DNA of 64,000 nt. It comes from Arcobacteraceae bacterium. GTDB taxonomy: Bacteria; Campylobacterota; Campylobacteria; Campylobacterales; Arcobacteraceae. Position numbers and translations under genes: made by a program. The stretch covers positions 384,001 through 448,000 of the forward strand of contig CBDCZH010000010.1 in the NCBI GenBank assembly GCA_965224485.1, written 5' to 3'. This document shows, in pieces, positions 9,773 through 19,613 of this stretch (the stretch's first letter is position 1; each line of letters starts with the position of its first letter). The notes below the pieces were generated by a model, which saw only the letters and a list, made by a program, of their open reading frames with translations, was not told where the DNA came from and ran no database searches.

Positions 9773-10390
9773 ATGAAAAATACTAAAAAAATTATACTAA
9801 ATATACTAATATTATCTTCTTTACTTATTCTTTTTACTTCTTGCAGTTCTTCTTTATATGAACATAACAAAAAAGAATTTTTAAGTTTTAATGTAAAAGG
9901 AGATACTTTTAAAATTCCATTAACTAGTTCTAAAAAACATTATAGAATGAATAAATGTACAAATAATTCTTATACAATGATTTCTCAAAATGAATATTAT
10001 GGTAAATTATTTTTAGAGTATATTTCTTTACGTAAGTCTTGTACTTGGTCTGGTTTAGAAAAAAGCTTTTTTACTTCACTTTTTAAAGAAAACAAAAAAG
10101 TTAAAACTATGAAAACTCTTGATAACTTTGAAATCTCAAACTATAATTTTTCAACGTATCTAATAAATGATAAGTTTTATATGAATATTATTTTTATTTA
10201 TGGAAATAAAAGAACTACTTTAATGCTTGATTATGAAGGTAAACTAACAAAAGACTTATTAGTTAAACTAGGTTCTTCTTATTCAAACCCATATATAAAA
10301 AAAACTAGGTTTGATTCAAATTATAATGAGTCTTTAGTTTATAAAAATATTTTTAGAAAATATTTTTATAAAGAGTATGAAAATAGATAA
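9773..10390 (+). CDS. Hypothetical lipoprotein
   Basis: Hydrophobic signal ending in LFTSC (lipobox-like). Confidence 0.72.
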   Translation: MKNTKKIILNILILSSLLILFTSCSSSLYEHNKKEFLSFNVKGDTFKIPLTSSKKHYRMNKCTNNSYTMISQNEYYGKLFLEYISLRKSCTWSGLEKSFFTSLFKENKKVKTMKTLDNFEISNYNFSTYLINDKFYMNIIFIYGNKRTTLMLDYEGKLTKDLLVKLGSSYSNPYIKKTRFDSNYNESLVYKNIFRKYFYKEYENR

Positions 10391-10417
10391 ACTAAAAGAG
10401 TTTACACTCTTTCTCTT

Positions 10418-11218
10418 TTAGTTTGAAAATACATCTTTTAATAGCTGAGTTGTTCTTTGTATAGGATTTTCTCTTATGGCTTTTTCTTCTTTTTCAATCA
10501 TTAAAAAAAGTCCATCTAGCGCCTTATTTACAATAAACTCATCTAATGATTCTTCCTTAGAACTAGGGATATAAGAATCAACACCTAATGATTTAGCATA
10601 AGACATTATTGAGCTTGATTCCACATATGATTTTGCATTTTTCTGATAAAAGCTATTAAAACTTTTGTAATAAGAAGCTACATTGTTTTCTTGTGTTGAT
10701 TTTTTAACAATAGGAGTAATTAACTCTTTTAAGCTTGTCAAAGTATGTTTCTTAAAATAAGTAGTTGCTGAGTTATTCTCACCTCTTAGGATAGTACTCG
10801 CATCATTAATTGACATCTTTGAGATAGAATTTGCAAATATATTTGCTGTTTGTAAAGCAGCTTGTGAAGCTGCATCATTCATAGCTTTTTCTAAATCATT
10901 GATATATGATTCTCCTCCAACACTGCTTATTATAGTTTTTGCTTTTTGTAAAGTATCAGGTAATGGTATCTTTGCTTCTAGGTTATTAAAGTAACCATTT
11001 TTAGCACCAAGTGAGCTTATAGCTAGTGTAACACCTTTATTAAGAGCTTCTTTTAAACCCTTTGAAATTGTGTCTTCACTTAATTTAGAACTGCTTGTTT
11101 CTGTTTGTTTACTAATTTCTTTTTTTGTATCACTTAATAAATCTCCTGCTAATTTAGCAAAATCAAAAGCAAAAGTATAGTTATAAATAAGAGCAAGTAA
11201 AAGTATGGTTTTTTTCAT
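10418..11218 (-). CDS. DUF4197 family exported protein
   Basis: GLKEAL..G, KIPLP, MNDAA, ATTYFK, ALDGLF.MI..EE..IRENP. Confidence 0.88.
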   Translation of the reverse strand: MKKTILLLALIYNYTFAFDFAKLAGDLLSDTKKEISKQTETSSSKLSEDTISKGLKEALNKGVTLAISSLGAKNGYFNNLEAKIPLPDTLQKAKTIISSVGGESYINDLEKAMNDAASQAALQTANIFANSISKMSINDASTILRGENNSATTYFKKHTLTSLKELITPIVKKSTQENNVASYYKSFNSFYQKNAKSYVESSSIMSYAKSLGVDSYIPSSKEESLDEFIVNKALDGLFLMIEKEEKAIRENPIQRTTQLLKDVFSN

Positions 11219-11332
11219 TTTTTTCCTTAATTTAAAATAATCTATTATTTTATTATATTATGCCTATTATATATAAATTTATAAAAAACAAGATTAGTTT
11301 TTTTGCTATAATATAAAATCAAAAGGAAATAA

Positions 11333-11773
11333 ATGAATGAAATGATAAATAAGATAAGTGATTTCTTTTTAGCTTTTAAAAACAAAGAGATAGAAGCTTT
11401 AGAAATTTCACAAGAAAAAGAATTTATAAATAATTTTGCAAAACTGATTAAAGAAGATGAAGGTTTTGAAAAAATATATGATAATTACCTCTTAATTAAA
11501 GGTTATACATACCGTTTAGAAAATTCAGAACAAAGACTATTTTATACCTTTAAAGAAGCGGTTTATGCAATAGATTTAGCAAAACTTACAAGAGATGAAG
11601 AAGCAGTTAAATTAAATTGTTTAGTTTATATTTTAGTTTTAAAAGATTGTATATCTGAATACTTAAAAGAAGAGATAAATGAAGATGAAAAAAATAAAGC
11701 AATAAATACATATAAAAAAGTTGAAGATAAAAAAGCAAAAGAGAATGAAAAATATCATATGTATCAATATTGA
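11333..11773 (+). CDS. Hypothetical protein
   Basis: 146 aa, AAGGA RBS. Confidence 0.7.
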   Translation: MNEMINKISDFFLAFKNKEIEALEISQEKEFINNFAKLIKEDEGFEKIYDNYLLIKGYTYRLENSEQRLFYTFKEAVYAIDLAKLTRDEEAVKLNCLVYILVLKDCISEYLKEEINEDEKNKAINTYKKVEDKKAKENEKYHMYQY

Positions 11774-11790
11774 ATAAAAAAGGATTTTAA

Positions 11791-12336
11791 ATGGCTAAAT
11801 TTATAAATTCATTAAGTGAAGAAAATATAGTATTTATAAATAATCAAAAAATATTTTTCGTATCAACTGCTCCAAAAGATGGAAAAATCAATATTTCTCC
11901 TAAGGGTTTAGATGGAACTTTAAAAATAATTGATAGCAAAACTATTGTTTGGTTAAATTATTTTGGTTCTGGAAATGAAACGGCTGCTCATTTATTAGAA
12001 GATAATAGAATAACTTTAATGTTTTGTGCTTTTGAAGGTGAAGCTTTAATTTTTAGAATTTATGCAAAAGCTGCCATCTTACATGAAAGAGATGAAAAGT
12101 TTAAAAAATATTTAAAATTATTCTCTTATCAAAATGCCGCAAGGCAGATTTTTGAGCTTAAAATTGAGTCCCTAAATAGTTCGTGTGGAATGGGTGTTCC
12201 TTTATACGAGTTTAAATCTCAAAGAGAGGAACTGAATGATTTTTATGATAATCATTCAAAAGAAGAACATCTCTCTTATATGAAAAAAAACAATTTAAAA
12301 TCTTTTGATGGTAAAGATACTAAACTATTTTTATAA
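11791..12336 (+). CDS. Pyridoxamine 5'-phosphate oxidase-like FMN-binding protein
   Basis: FFVSTAP..G.INISPKG, GSGNETAAHL, RITLMFCAF, SCGMGVP. Confidence 0.88.
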   Translation: MAKFINSLSEENIVFINNQKIFFVSTAPKDGKINISPKGLDGTLKIIDSKTIVWLNYFGSGNETAAHLLEDNRITLMFCAFEGEALIFRIYAKAAILHERDEKFKKYLKLFSYQNAARQIFELKIESLNSSCGMGVPLYEFKSQREELNDFYDNHSKEEHLSYMKKNNLKSFDGKDTKLFL

Positions 12337-12372
12337 AGTAGTATAAAACATAATAGATTTTTATGAAAGTTC

Positions 12373-13077
12373 TTACTCTTGTATGCTTTTTTGAAGTTTC
12401 ATAATTTGCTTATGTATGAAATCGATATCATCACTTAAAGTAATTAGATCTAAATCTTCTTTATTAATCATACCTTCTTTATAAAGAGATTTTTTAATAA
12501 ATTTTAATAAATATTTCCAATACTCAGTTCCTACTAAAAAGACTCTACATCCATCTTTATTTAATTTACCAGTTTGGCTTAGGGTTAAAACTTCAAATAG
12601 TTCATCTAAGGTACCAAAACCACCTGGAAATACTATACAAGCTTTTGAGTATTTAACTAACATGAATTTTCTTGAGAAAAAGTAGTTAAAAGTCATACTT
12701 TTTGTAGTATATGGATTTACTTGTTGCTCATTTGGAATTGAAATATTAAGGCCAATAGATTCAGCATTATTTGCCTTATACGATCCTCTATTAGCAGCAC
12801 TCATAATACCATCCCCTCCACCTGTAATGATATTAATACCACTTTTACTTAATTTGTATGCAAGTTTTTGAGCTAAAATTGCATACTCATTACTTTGTTT
12901 AGTTCTAGCACTTCCAAAAATTGTTACACTTGAAGATAAACCATGAAGTATCTCATATGCTTGATTGAAATCATCGGCTACTTTTGTTTTATATATTTTT
13001 TCGCTTTTCTTTTTAATAATAGACTCTTTCTTGATATAATTGTGGATTATTATATATTTATTGTGCTTAAGAGGCAT
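12373..13077 (-). CDS. LOG family (TIGR00730) nucleotide phosphoribohydrolase; true start may be near 13020
   Basis: TIFGSAR, ITGGGDGIM, FFSRK, PGGFGTLDELFE. Confidence 0.9.
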   Translation of the reverse strand: MPLKHNKYIIIHNYIKKESIIKKKSEKIYKTKVADDFNQAYEILHGLSSSVTIFGSARTKQSNEYAILAQKLAYKLSKSGINIITGGGDGIMSAANRGSYKANNAESIGLNISIPNEQQVNPYTTKSMTFNYFFSRKFMLVKYSKACIVFPGGFGTLDELFEVLTLSQTGKLNKDGCRVFLVGTEYWKYLLKFIKKSLYKEGMINKEDLDLITLSDDIDFIHKQIMKLQKSIQE

Positions 13078-13105
13078 GAAAATAACTTAATTAAAAAGGT
13101 TTATA

Positions 13106-14626
13106 GTGTTCAGTGAAAGAAATATTACAAAATTTATACTCTTAACGCCAATTATTACTGTAATTCTAATAGCTTTTATTAGTTCGTATTTTTTTATACA
13201 AACACAAAATTCTTATTTTGAAGAAGAGAGTATTCGAAGTGAAAATGAGTATATTTTAAAACAAAGAAATATTTTAAAAAAAGAGATTGATTCGGTTCTA
13301 AATTATATTAATCATTATGTAAATAAAAATAAGAATATAAAAGAAGAAGATCTTAAAAATGAGCTCTTAAGATATATAGAAACAATAAGATATGAAAAAG
13401 ATGGTTATATTTGGGTTCATGATACTTCTTATTTTTTAAGAGCACATCCTTTTCGTAAAGAAAAAATCAATAGTTTTGATATTGATTTAGAAGATGCAAT
13501 GGGTGTAAAAATTACTAAAAAATTTATTGATGATACTATTAAACATCCAGAAGGTATTTTTATTGAGTATTATTGGCAAAAACCAAAAAATGTACATTTC
13601 TCACAAAAACTTGGTTTTTTTAAATTATATGAAAAGTATTCTTGGGTTATTGGAGCTGGTTTATATATGGATAATATTCAAAGTTCAATACTAAGAGATA
13701 AAAAACTTTTAGAAAAAAGAATAAATAAATATATTAGATTTGTAGTAATAATTTCATTTTTAGTACTAATTTCTATTGGATTTTTATCTTTTATTGTTTC
13801 AAATAAGGTTAGTAAGGTTTTTAATGAGTATAAACAAAGTGTTAGAAAAAAAGAGATTTTATTATCAGAATTAAATAAAAACCTAGAAACTAAAGTTTTA
13901 AAAGCGATACAAGAAGTAAAAAACAAAGATAGGGCTATGCTTCATCAATCAAGGCTTGCAAGAATGGGTGTAATGCTTTCTTTAATAGCTCATCAATGGA
14001 GACAACCTTTATCTAAAATTAGTGCAATTTTAATGGAACTTGAAACAGCAATTAAGTTCTCTAAAGGAAATGATGCCTTAGTACTTAAGAGTATAAATAC
14101 CTCAAATGAACTTTTATTTTATATGTCAAATACTATTGATGATTTTAGAAATTTTTTTAAACCAGATAAGAAAAAAGTAGATTTTTATATAAATGATTCC
14201 ATTAGTGAAGCTATATCTTTAGTGCAAGCTTCAATTAATAGTTTGAATATAGAATTAGAAAAAGATCTAAGAGACAATCCTTTAATAAATGGTTATAAAA
14301 GAGAGTTTGCTCAAGTTATTCTAAATTTAATTACAAATGCTAAAGATATTTTACATCAAAGAGAGATTATAAATCCAAAAATAAAACTAAGTGTTAAAAT
14401 AATAAAAGATGAACTTATAATTTCAGTAAGTGATAATGCAAGAGGTATTAAAGCTGAAATTATTGATTTGATCTTTGAGCCGTATTTTACTACAAAAGAG
14501 AGTTCAAAAGGTACAGGTTTAGGTTTATATATGAGTAAAATGATTATTGAAAAAAATATGAATGGAGAACTAAATGTTCAAAATGATAAGTATGGTGCTG
14601 TATTTACCATAATTTTAAAGGTATGA
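13106..14626 (+). CDS. Cache-domain sensor histidine kinase
   Basis: TM, Cache domain (RY..DGYIWV, EYYWQKP, WVIGAGLY), TM, IAHQWRQPL, GTGLGL. Confidence 0.92.
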   Translation: MFSERNITKFILLTPIITVILIAFISSYFFIQTQNSYFEEESIRSENEYILKQRNILKKEIDSVLNYINHYVNKNKNIKEEDLKNELLRYIETIRYEKDGYIWVHDTSYFLRAHPFRKEKINSFDIDLEDAMGVKITKKFIDDTIKHPEGIFIEYYWQKPKNVHFSQKLGFFKLYEKYSWVIGAGLYMDNIQSSILRDKKLLEKRINKYIRFVVIISFLVLISIGFLSFIVSNKVSKVFNEYKQSVRKKEILLSELNKNLETKVLKAIQEVKNKDRAMLHQSRLARMGVMLSLIAHQWRQPLSKISAILMELETAIKFSKGNDALVLKSINTSNELLFYMSNTIDDFRNFFKPDKKKVDFYINDSISEAISLVQASINSLNIELEKDLRDNPLINGYKREFAQVILNLITNAKDILHQREIINPKIKLSVKIIKDELIISVSDNARGIKAEIIDLIFEPYFTTKESSKGTGLGLYMSKMIIEKNMNGELNVQNDKYGAVFTIILKV

Positions 14627-14627
14627 A

Positions 14628-15308
14628 ATGAATGATATTTTATTAAAACAGTTGAAAAATTATAGAGTTTTATGTGTAGAAGATGAAGATATAATTAGAA
14701 CTTCTATGGTAAACACATTAAAGTATTATTTCAAAGAAGTTTATGAAGCAAATAGTGCAGAACTTGGTTTTGAAAAATATTTAGAGTTTAAACCTGATAT
14801 TGTATTAAGTGATATACAAATGCCTAAGCAAAATGGTATTTTTTTAGTTGAAAATATAAGAAAAAATGATCAAGAATGTTTAATTATTATGATTACAGCT
14901 TATTCCTCAGAAGAGTATTTATTAGAATTAATTAATTTAAATATAAATCACTATATTATAAAACCTATTACTTCAAATAATCTATTATCAGGTATCTTAA
15001 AAGCTTTTGGAGGAAGATTAGATGAAAAAGTAGTTTTTACTTCTTTGTTGTTTTTTGATAAAAAAACATATAAGTTATATTATAAAGAAAAAGAAATCCT
15101 TTTGCGTAAGAGAGATATAGAGTTTTTACTTCTTTTATATAAAAACAAAAATCAAGTTCTGCCTTATTCTTTAATTGAAGATAGTTTATGGAGAGATAAA
15201 AGTATGAGCACAAGTGCATTAAAAACATTTATTAAAGAGTTTAGACAAAGAATGCCAATTGATTTATTACAAAATGTTCATCAAATAGGATATAAGCTAA
15301 TAATTTAA
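14628..15308 (+). CDS. OmpR-type response regulator
   Basis: VEDE, SDIQMP, KP receiver residues; C-terminal winged helix ending GYKL. Confidence 0.9.
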   Translation: MNDILLKQLKNYRVLCVEDEDIIRTSMVNTLKYYFKEVYEANSAELGFEKYLEFKPDIVLSDIQMPKQNGIFLVENIRKNDQECLIIMITAYSSEEYLLELINLNINHYIIKPITSNNLLSGILKAFGGRLDEKVVFTSLLFFDKKTYKLYYKEKEILLRKRDIEFLLLLYKNKNQVLPYSLIEDSLWRDKSMSTSALKTFIKEFRQRMPIDLLQNVHQIGYKLII

Positions 15309-15354
15309 AACAAAAACTTAAAAACTTACAAACCTAAATACCTACTAACTAACT

Positions 15355-15388
15355 AACTCACTAAAAACTCACTTTTTGGTTTTATAAT
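15355..15388 (+). promoter_or_regulatory. 11-bp-period direct repeat plus -10 box of the TRAP/pxp operon
   Basis: AACTCACT at 15355 and 15366; TATAAT at 15383-15388. Confidence 0.55.
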
Positions 15389-15419
15389 ATAAGATATTAA
15401 AAATCAAGAGGAGATTATT

Positions 15420-16376
15420 ATGATTAAAAAAGGTTTATTACTTACCGCAATGGCAAGTTTAGTATTCGCAGGAAATGTTAAAATGGATTTAAATGCAAAG
15501 TATGGTGCAAATAATTTCCATACTAAAGCAGCAGTTAAGTTTGCTTCTTTAGTTAAAGATTATACAAATGGAAGCGTTAATATTATTGTTCATCCAGGAT
15601 CTTCATTAGTAAAAGGAAATCCTTTAAAAGCGGTAAAAGATGGAACTGTTGCTATGACTGATATGTTTATTCCTTTTACTTCAGGAGGAGGAAAAGTATT
15701 TGGGATCTCTGCATTACCTTTTATAGCAAGTTCTTATGATGATGCTTATAAGTTATATCAAATTTCAAAACCAGCTTATGAAAAAACTGCTAAAAAATGG
15801 AATCAAAAGTTTTTATACCAAGTAACATGGCCAGCTTCTGGTTTTTATTCAAATAAAACAATGACATCTATTAATGATTTTAAGGGTGTAAAAACTAGAA
15901 CATATGATAAAAATTCTGCTTCTTTTGTAAATCAAGCAGGAGGAAATGCTGTTGCTTTACCTTGGGGAGAGGTTTATTCAGCACTTAGAACTGGTATGGT
16001 TAATTCAGTTGTAACATCTTCTTCCTCTGGAAAAGATGGTAAATTTTGGGAAGTATTATCTAACTTTACAAAAATTAAATATGCTTATCCTCTTCAAGCT
16101 GTATCTATTAATTTAGATTATTGGAATTCTTTAGATAAAGAACAGCAAAACTCTATGTTAAGAGCAGCTAAAGAGATAGAAAAAGCTCAATGGAAAGCTG
16201 TACGATTAGAAGACTCTACTGCTCAAGCTATTATGATTAAAAATGGTATGAAAATAACTGAAGCTAGTGTTGAGTTAAAAAATGACTTAGATAAAATTGC
16301 AAACAATTTGTTAGAAAAATATTTAGATGGTGCAAATAAAGAAATCAAAGATATTTTTAAAGAGTATAGAAAATAA
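15420..16376 (+). CDS. dctP: TRAP transporter substrate-binding protein
   Basis: Signal peptide, DFKGVKTR, LPWGEVYSALRTG. Confidence 0.9.
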   Translation: MIKKGLLLTAMASLVFAGNVKMDLNAKYGANNFHTKAAVKFASLVKDYTNGSVNIIVHPGSSLVKGNPLKAVKDGTVAMTDMFIPFTSGGGKVFGISALPFIASSYDDAYKLYQISKPAYEKTAKKWNQKFLYQVTWPASGFYSNKTMTSINDFKGVKTRTYDKNSASFVNQAGGNAVALPWGEVYSALRTGMVNSVVTSSSSGKDGKFWEVLSNFTKIKYAYPLQAVSINLDYWNSLDKEQQNSMLRAAKEIEKAQWKAVRLEDSTAQAIMIKNGMKITEASVELKNDLDKIANNLLEKYLDGANKEIKDIFKEYRK

Positions 16377-16379
16377 TTT

Positions 16380-16865
16380 ATGAAATCTTTTTATATAATA
16401 GTAAACAAGCTCTCCTTATGGGGAGCTTATCTATCAGCTTTATTAATTATTTCTTTAGTTTTACTAATATTATGTGAAATATTTATTAGGTATTTTTTTG
16501 ATTTATCTACAATGATTGCAGATGAATATAGTGGATATTTATATTTAGCTTCAATTTTTTTAGGACTTTCTTACACTTTTAGTGAAAATGCACATATTAG
16601 AATTAATATTATTACTTCAAAGTTAAATAAGAAAAAAAACAGACTAGTTGATATTATTGCTGGTTTAATCACAATATCGGTATTAAGTTTCACTTTTTAT
16701 AGAACAGTTTTATTTACTTATGACTCTTATGATTTAGATATGTTATCAGAAGCAGTTTCAGAGACACCTTTGTATTTAACTCAAATAGTTATGCCCTTAG
16801 GACTATCTTTGTTTATTTTATCTGTTTTAGCTTTTGTTATTAAAGGATTTAGAAATGATATCTGA
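16380..16865 (+). CDS. dctQ: TRAP transporter small permease
   Basis: 4 TM segments, EIFIRYFF, AHIRIN. Confidence 0.88.
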   Translation: MKSFYIIVNKLSLWGAYLSALLIISLVLLILCEIFIRYFFDLSTMIADEYSGYLYLASIFLGLSYTFSENAHIRINIITSKLNKKKNRLVDIIAGLITISVLSFTFYRTVLFTYDSYDLDMLSEAVSETPLYLTQIVMPLGLSLFILSVLAFVIKGFRNDI

Positions 16866-18189
16866 GCCATTAATTTTAGCCTCAGTTTTAATGTTAGTAA
16901 TGTTTTCTTTTTTATTATCATCTTTATGGATAGGAATCTCACTATTTTTAACAGGAATAGTAGGAATGTTAATTTATGAGCATAACTTACCTTCTGCTAT
17001 TTCTATTTATGACAAAATAGGAGATTTATTAGCTTCTTCTATTTATGATTCTTTAAATTCATGGTCTTTAGCTGCTTTGCCTATGTTTATTTTAATGGGT
17101 GAAATTTTATATAAAAGTTCAATTTCTACAAAACTTTTAAATGGTTTAAGCCCTTGGTTAAATTATATTCCTGGAAAACTATTACATGTAAATGTAGCTG
17201 CTTGTTCACTCTTTGCAGCTGTATCAGGCTCAAGTGCAGCAACAACTGCAACTGTTGGTAAAATCACTTTAAGTGAATTACAAAAAAGAGGTTATTCTAA
17301 ATCTTTAGCTCTTGGTAGTTTAGCTGGTTCTGGAACACTAGGATTTTTAATTCCACCTTCTTTGATTATGATTATATATGGTGTTTTATCTGATGTTTCA
17401 ATTGGAAAACTTTTTATTTCTGGTATATTACCAGGTCTTTTATTGGCAACTTTATACTCATTTTATATAATGATAGTTGCCAAAATAGATCCTAGTGTTG
17501 TTCCAAAAGAAGAGCAAGTTTTTACTAGGGCTGATAAATTAAACTCTTTTAAAGATCTTTTTCCTGTTATGTCTTTGATTTTTGTTGTACTTGGTTCTAT
17601 TTATGGAGGATTTGCTACTCCAACTGAAGCTGCTGCTATTGGAGTATTAGGTTCAATTATATTAGCAATATTCTTTAAAAGTTTTACTTTAGATATTATG
17701 AAAACTGCCTTATTAAACTCAATAAAAACTACAGTTATGATATCTTTTATCATTGCAGCTGCTGGTTTTTTATCTCAAGTTATAGGATTTCTAGGAATTG
17801 CTAGAGCTTTAAGTGAATATATTACAACTTTAGGCCTATCTCCTTTGCTGCTTATTTTATTAATTGGTTGCATGTATATAGTTTTAGGAATGATTTTAGA
17901 TGGAATTTCAATTGTTGTAATGACCTTACCAATTGTTTTACCTATTGTAGTTTTGGCTGGGTATGATCCTTTATGGTTTGGTATATTCTTAGTATTTATG
18001 GTAGAAATGTCTCAAATAACTCCACCGGTTGGTTTTTCACTTTTTATAATTCAAAGTATAAGTGGAGAAAAAATAGAATATATTTTAAAAGCGACTTTTC
18101 CTTTTTTTATTTTAATGTTAGTAGCTGTTGCTTTAATAATCTATTTCCCACAAATTGTAAGTTTTCTTCCTGCTTATATGGTAAAATAA
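16855..18189 (+). CDS. dctM: TRAP transporter large permease
   Basis: ALPMFILMG, SGSSAAT, LIPPS, TPTEAAA, ITPPVG; start moved to ATG 16855 after AAGGA. Confidence 0.92.
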   Translation: MISEPLILASVLMLVMFSFLLSSLWIGISLFLTGIVGMLIYEHNLPSAISIYDKIGDLLASSIYDSLNSWSLAALPMFILMGEILYKSSISTKLLNGLSPWLNYIPGKLLHVNVAACSLFAAVSGSSAATTATVGKITLSELQKRGYSKSLALGSLAGSGTLGFLIPPSLIMIIYGVLSDVSIGKLFISGILPGLLLATLYSFYIMIVAKIDPSVVPKEEQVFTRADKLNSFKDLFPVMSLIFVVLGSIYGGFATPTEAAAIGVLGSIILAIFFKSFTLDIMKTALLNSIKTTVMISFIIAAAGFLSQVIGFLGIARALSEYITTLGLSPLLLILLIGCMYIVLGMILDGISIVVMTLPIVLPIVVLAGYDPLWFGIFLVFMVEMSQITPPVGFSLFIIQSISGEKIEYILKATFPFFILMLVAVALIIYFPQIVSFLPAYMVK

Positions 18190-18213
18190 GTAATACTAAT
18201 GCAAGGTTCAAAG

Positions 18214-18948
18214 ATGCAAATTAAACTAAATTGTGATATGGGTGAGAGTTTTGGAGTTTATAAAATGGGAGATGATGAGCAGATTATGCCTTATGTTAAT
18301 ATGGCAAACTTAGCTTGTGGTTTTCATGCAAGTGATGCTTTAACTATGGCTAAATCTATTCGTTTAGCTTGTGAAAACTCTGTTGAAATTGGAGCTCATC
18401 CCTCATATCAAGATTTAGTAGGTTTTGGACGACGTTCAATGATTTGCTCTCTAGAAGAAATAAAATCTATTGTTTTATATCAAATGGGAGCCTTAGATGG
18501 AATAGCAAGAGCTTTTAATACTAAAATAACTTATGTAAAACCTCATGGAGCTTTATATAACGACATGATGAAAGATGAAAATATTTTAAAAGCAATAATT
18601 TCAGCAATATCTGATTATGATAAAAATATAAAACTTATGTTACTTTCAAGTCCAAATAATGAGAAAAATGAAGAATTAGCCTCTTCTTACGGAGTTTTAT
18701 TGCTATATGAAGTTTTTGCAGATAGAAATTATAATGATGATGGAACACTTGTTTCAAGATCACATGATGATGCTTTAATTACTGATGAATTAGAAGTTTT
18801 AGAAAGAATTACTTTATTAAAAGAAAAAGGTTATTTATATAGTAAAAATAAACAAAGATTATTTTTAAAAACAAATACAATTTGTGTACATGGTGATGGT
18901 TCTAATGCTTTAAATTTTGTAAAAAATGTTCATAGTGCCCTTATTTAA
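18214..18948 (+). CDS. pxpA: 5-oxoprolinase subunit A (LamB/YcsF family)
   Basis: LNCDMGESFG, ACGFHA, GAHPSY.D..GFGRR, VKPHGALYN, CVHGD. Confidence 0.93.
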   Translation: MQIKLNCDMGESFGVYKMGDDEQIMPYVNMANLACGFHASDALTMAKSIRLACENSVEIGAHPSYQDLVGFGRRSMICSLEEIKSIVLYQMGALDGIARAFNTKITYVKPHGALYNDMMKDENILKAIISAISDYDKNIKLMLLSSPNNEKNEELASSYGVLLLYEVFADRNYNDDGTLVSRSHDDALITDELEVLERITLLKEKGYLYSKNKQRLFLKTNTICVHGDGSNALNFVKNVHSALI

Positions 18949-19613
18949 TGAGAATAGAAATAGCTTCATTTGATAGCATTATTATTTATTTCAAGAAAGA
19001 AATTTCTTTAAAAGTAAATGAAAAAGTAAAAAAATTATATGAAAACATAAAAAATATAGAAGGTTTTTTAGAAATAATACCTTCTTATAATTCAATTCTA
19101 CTAAGATACGATATTTTTTTGTATGACTATGAAACTGTATGTGAAAAAATAAAAAACTCTTTTAAAAATGATTCTGTAAAAATAGAAAATAAACTTTTTG
19201 AGATACCTGTATATTATGGTCTTGAAGTAGGGCTTGATTTAGAAGAATTAAGTATTTTTTCAAAACTTAGTATAAAAGATATAATCTCTTTACATACAAG
19301 TAAAACTTATAATGTTTACTCAATTGGTTTCTCTGCTGGTTTTGCATATTTAGGAAAAGTTGATAAAAAAATAGCAAAACCAAGACTTAGTTCTCCTAGG
19401 TTAAATATAGCAAAAGGTTCCGTAGGTATTGCAAATAAGCAAACAGCAATTTATCCAAATGAATCTCCAGGAGGATGGAATATAATTGGACGTAGTGCTT
19501 TTACTTTATATGATAAAAGCTTAAAAAACTTAATACCTTTTAGCCTAGGAGATAAAATAAAATTTTATAGTATTACAAAAGAAGAATTTATAAACTCTGG
19601 TGGAATAATATGA
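18948..19613 (+). CDS. pxpB: 5-oxoprolinase subunit B
   Basis: IPVYYG, GFSAGFAYLG, GSVGIA..QTAIYP..SPGGWNIIGR. Confidence 0.92.
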   Translation: MRIEIASFDSIIIYFKKEISLKVNEKVKKLYENIKNIEGFLEIIPSYNSILLRYDIFLYDYETVCEKIKNSFKNDSVKIENKLFEIPVYYGLEVGLDLEELSIFSKLSIKDIISLHTSKTYNVYSIGFSAGFAYLGKVDKKIAKPRLSSPRLNIAKGSVGIANKQTAIYPNESPGGWNIIGRSAFTLYDKSLKNLIPFSLGDKIKFYSITKEEFINSGGII

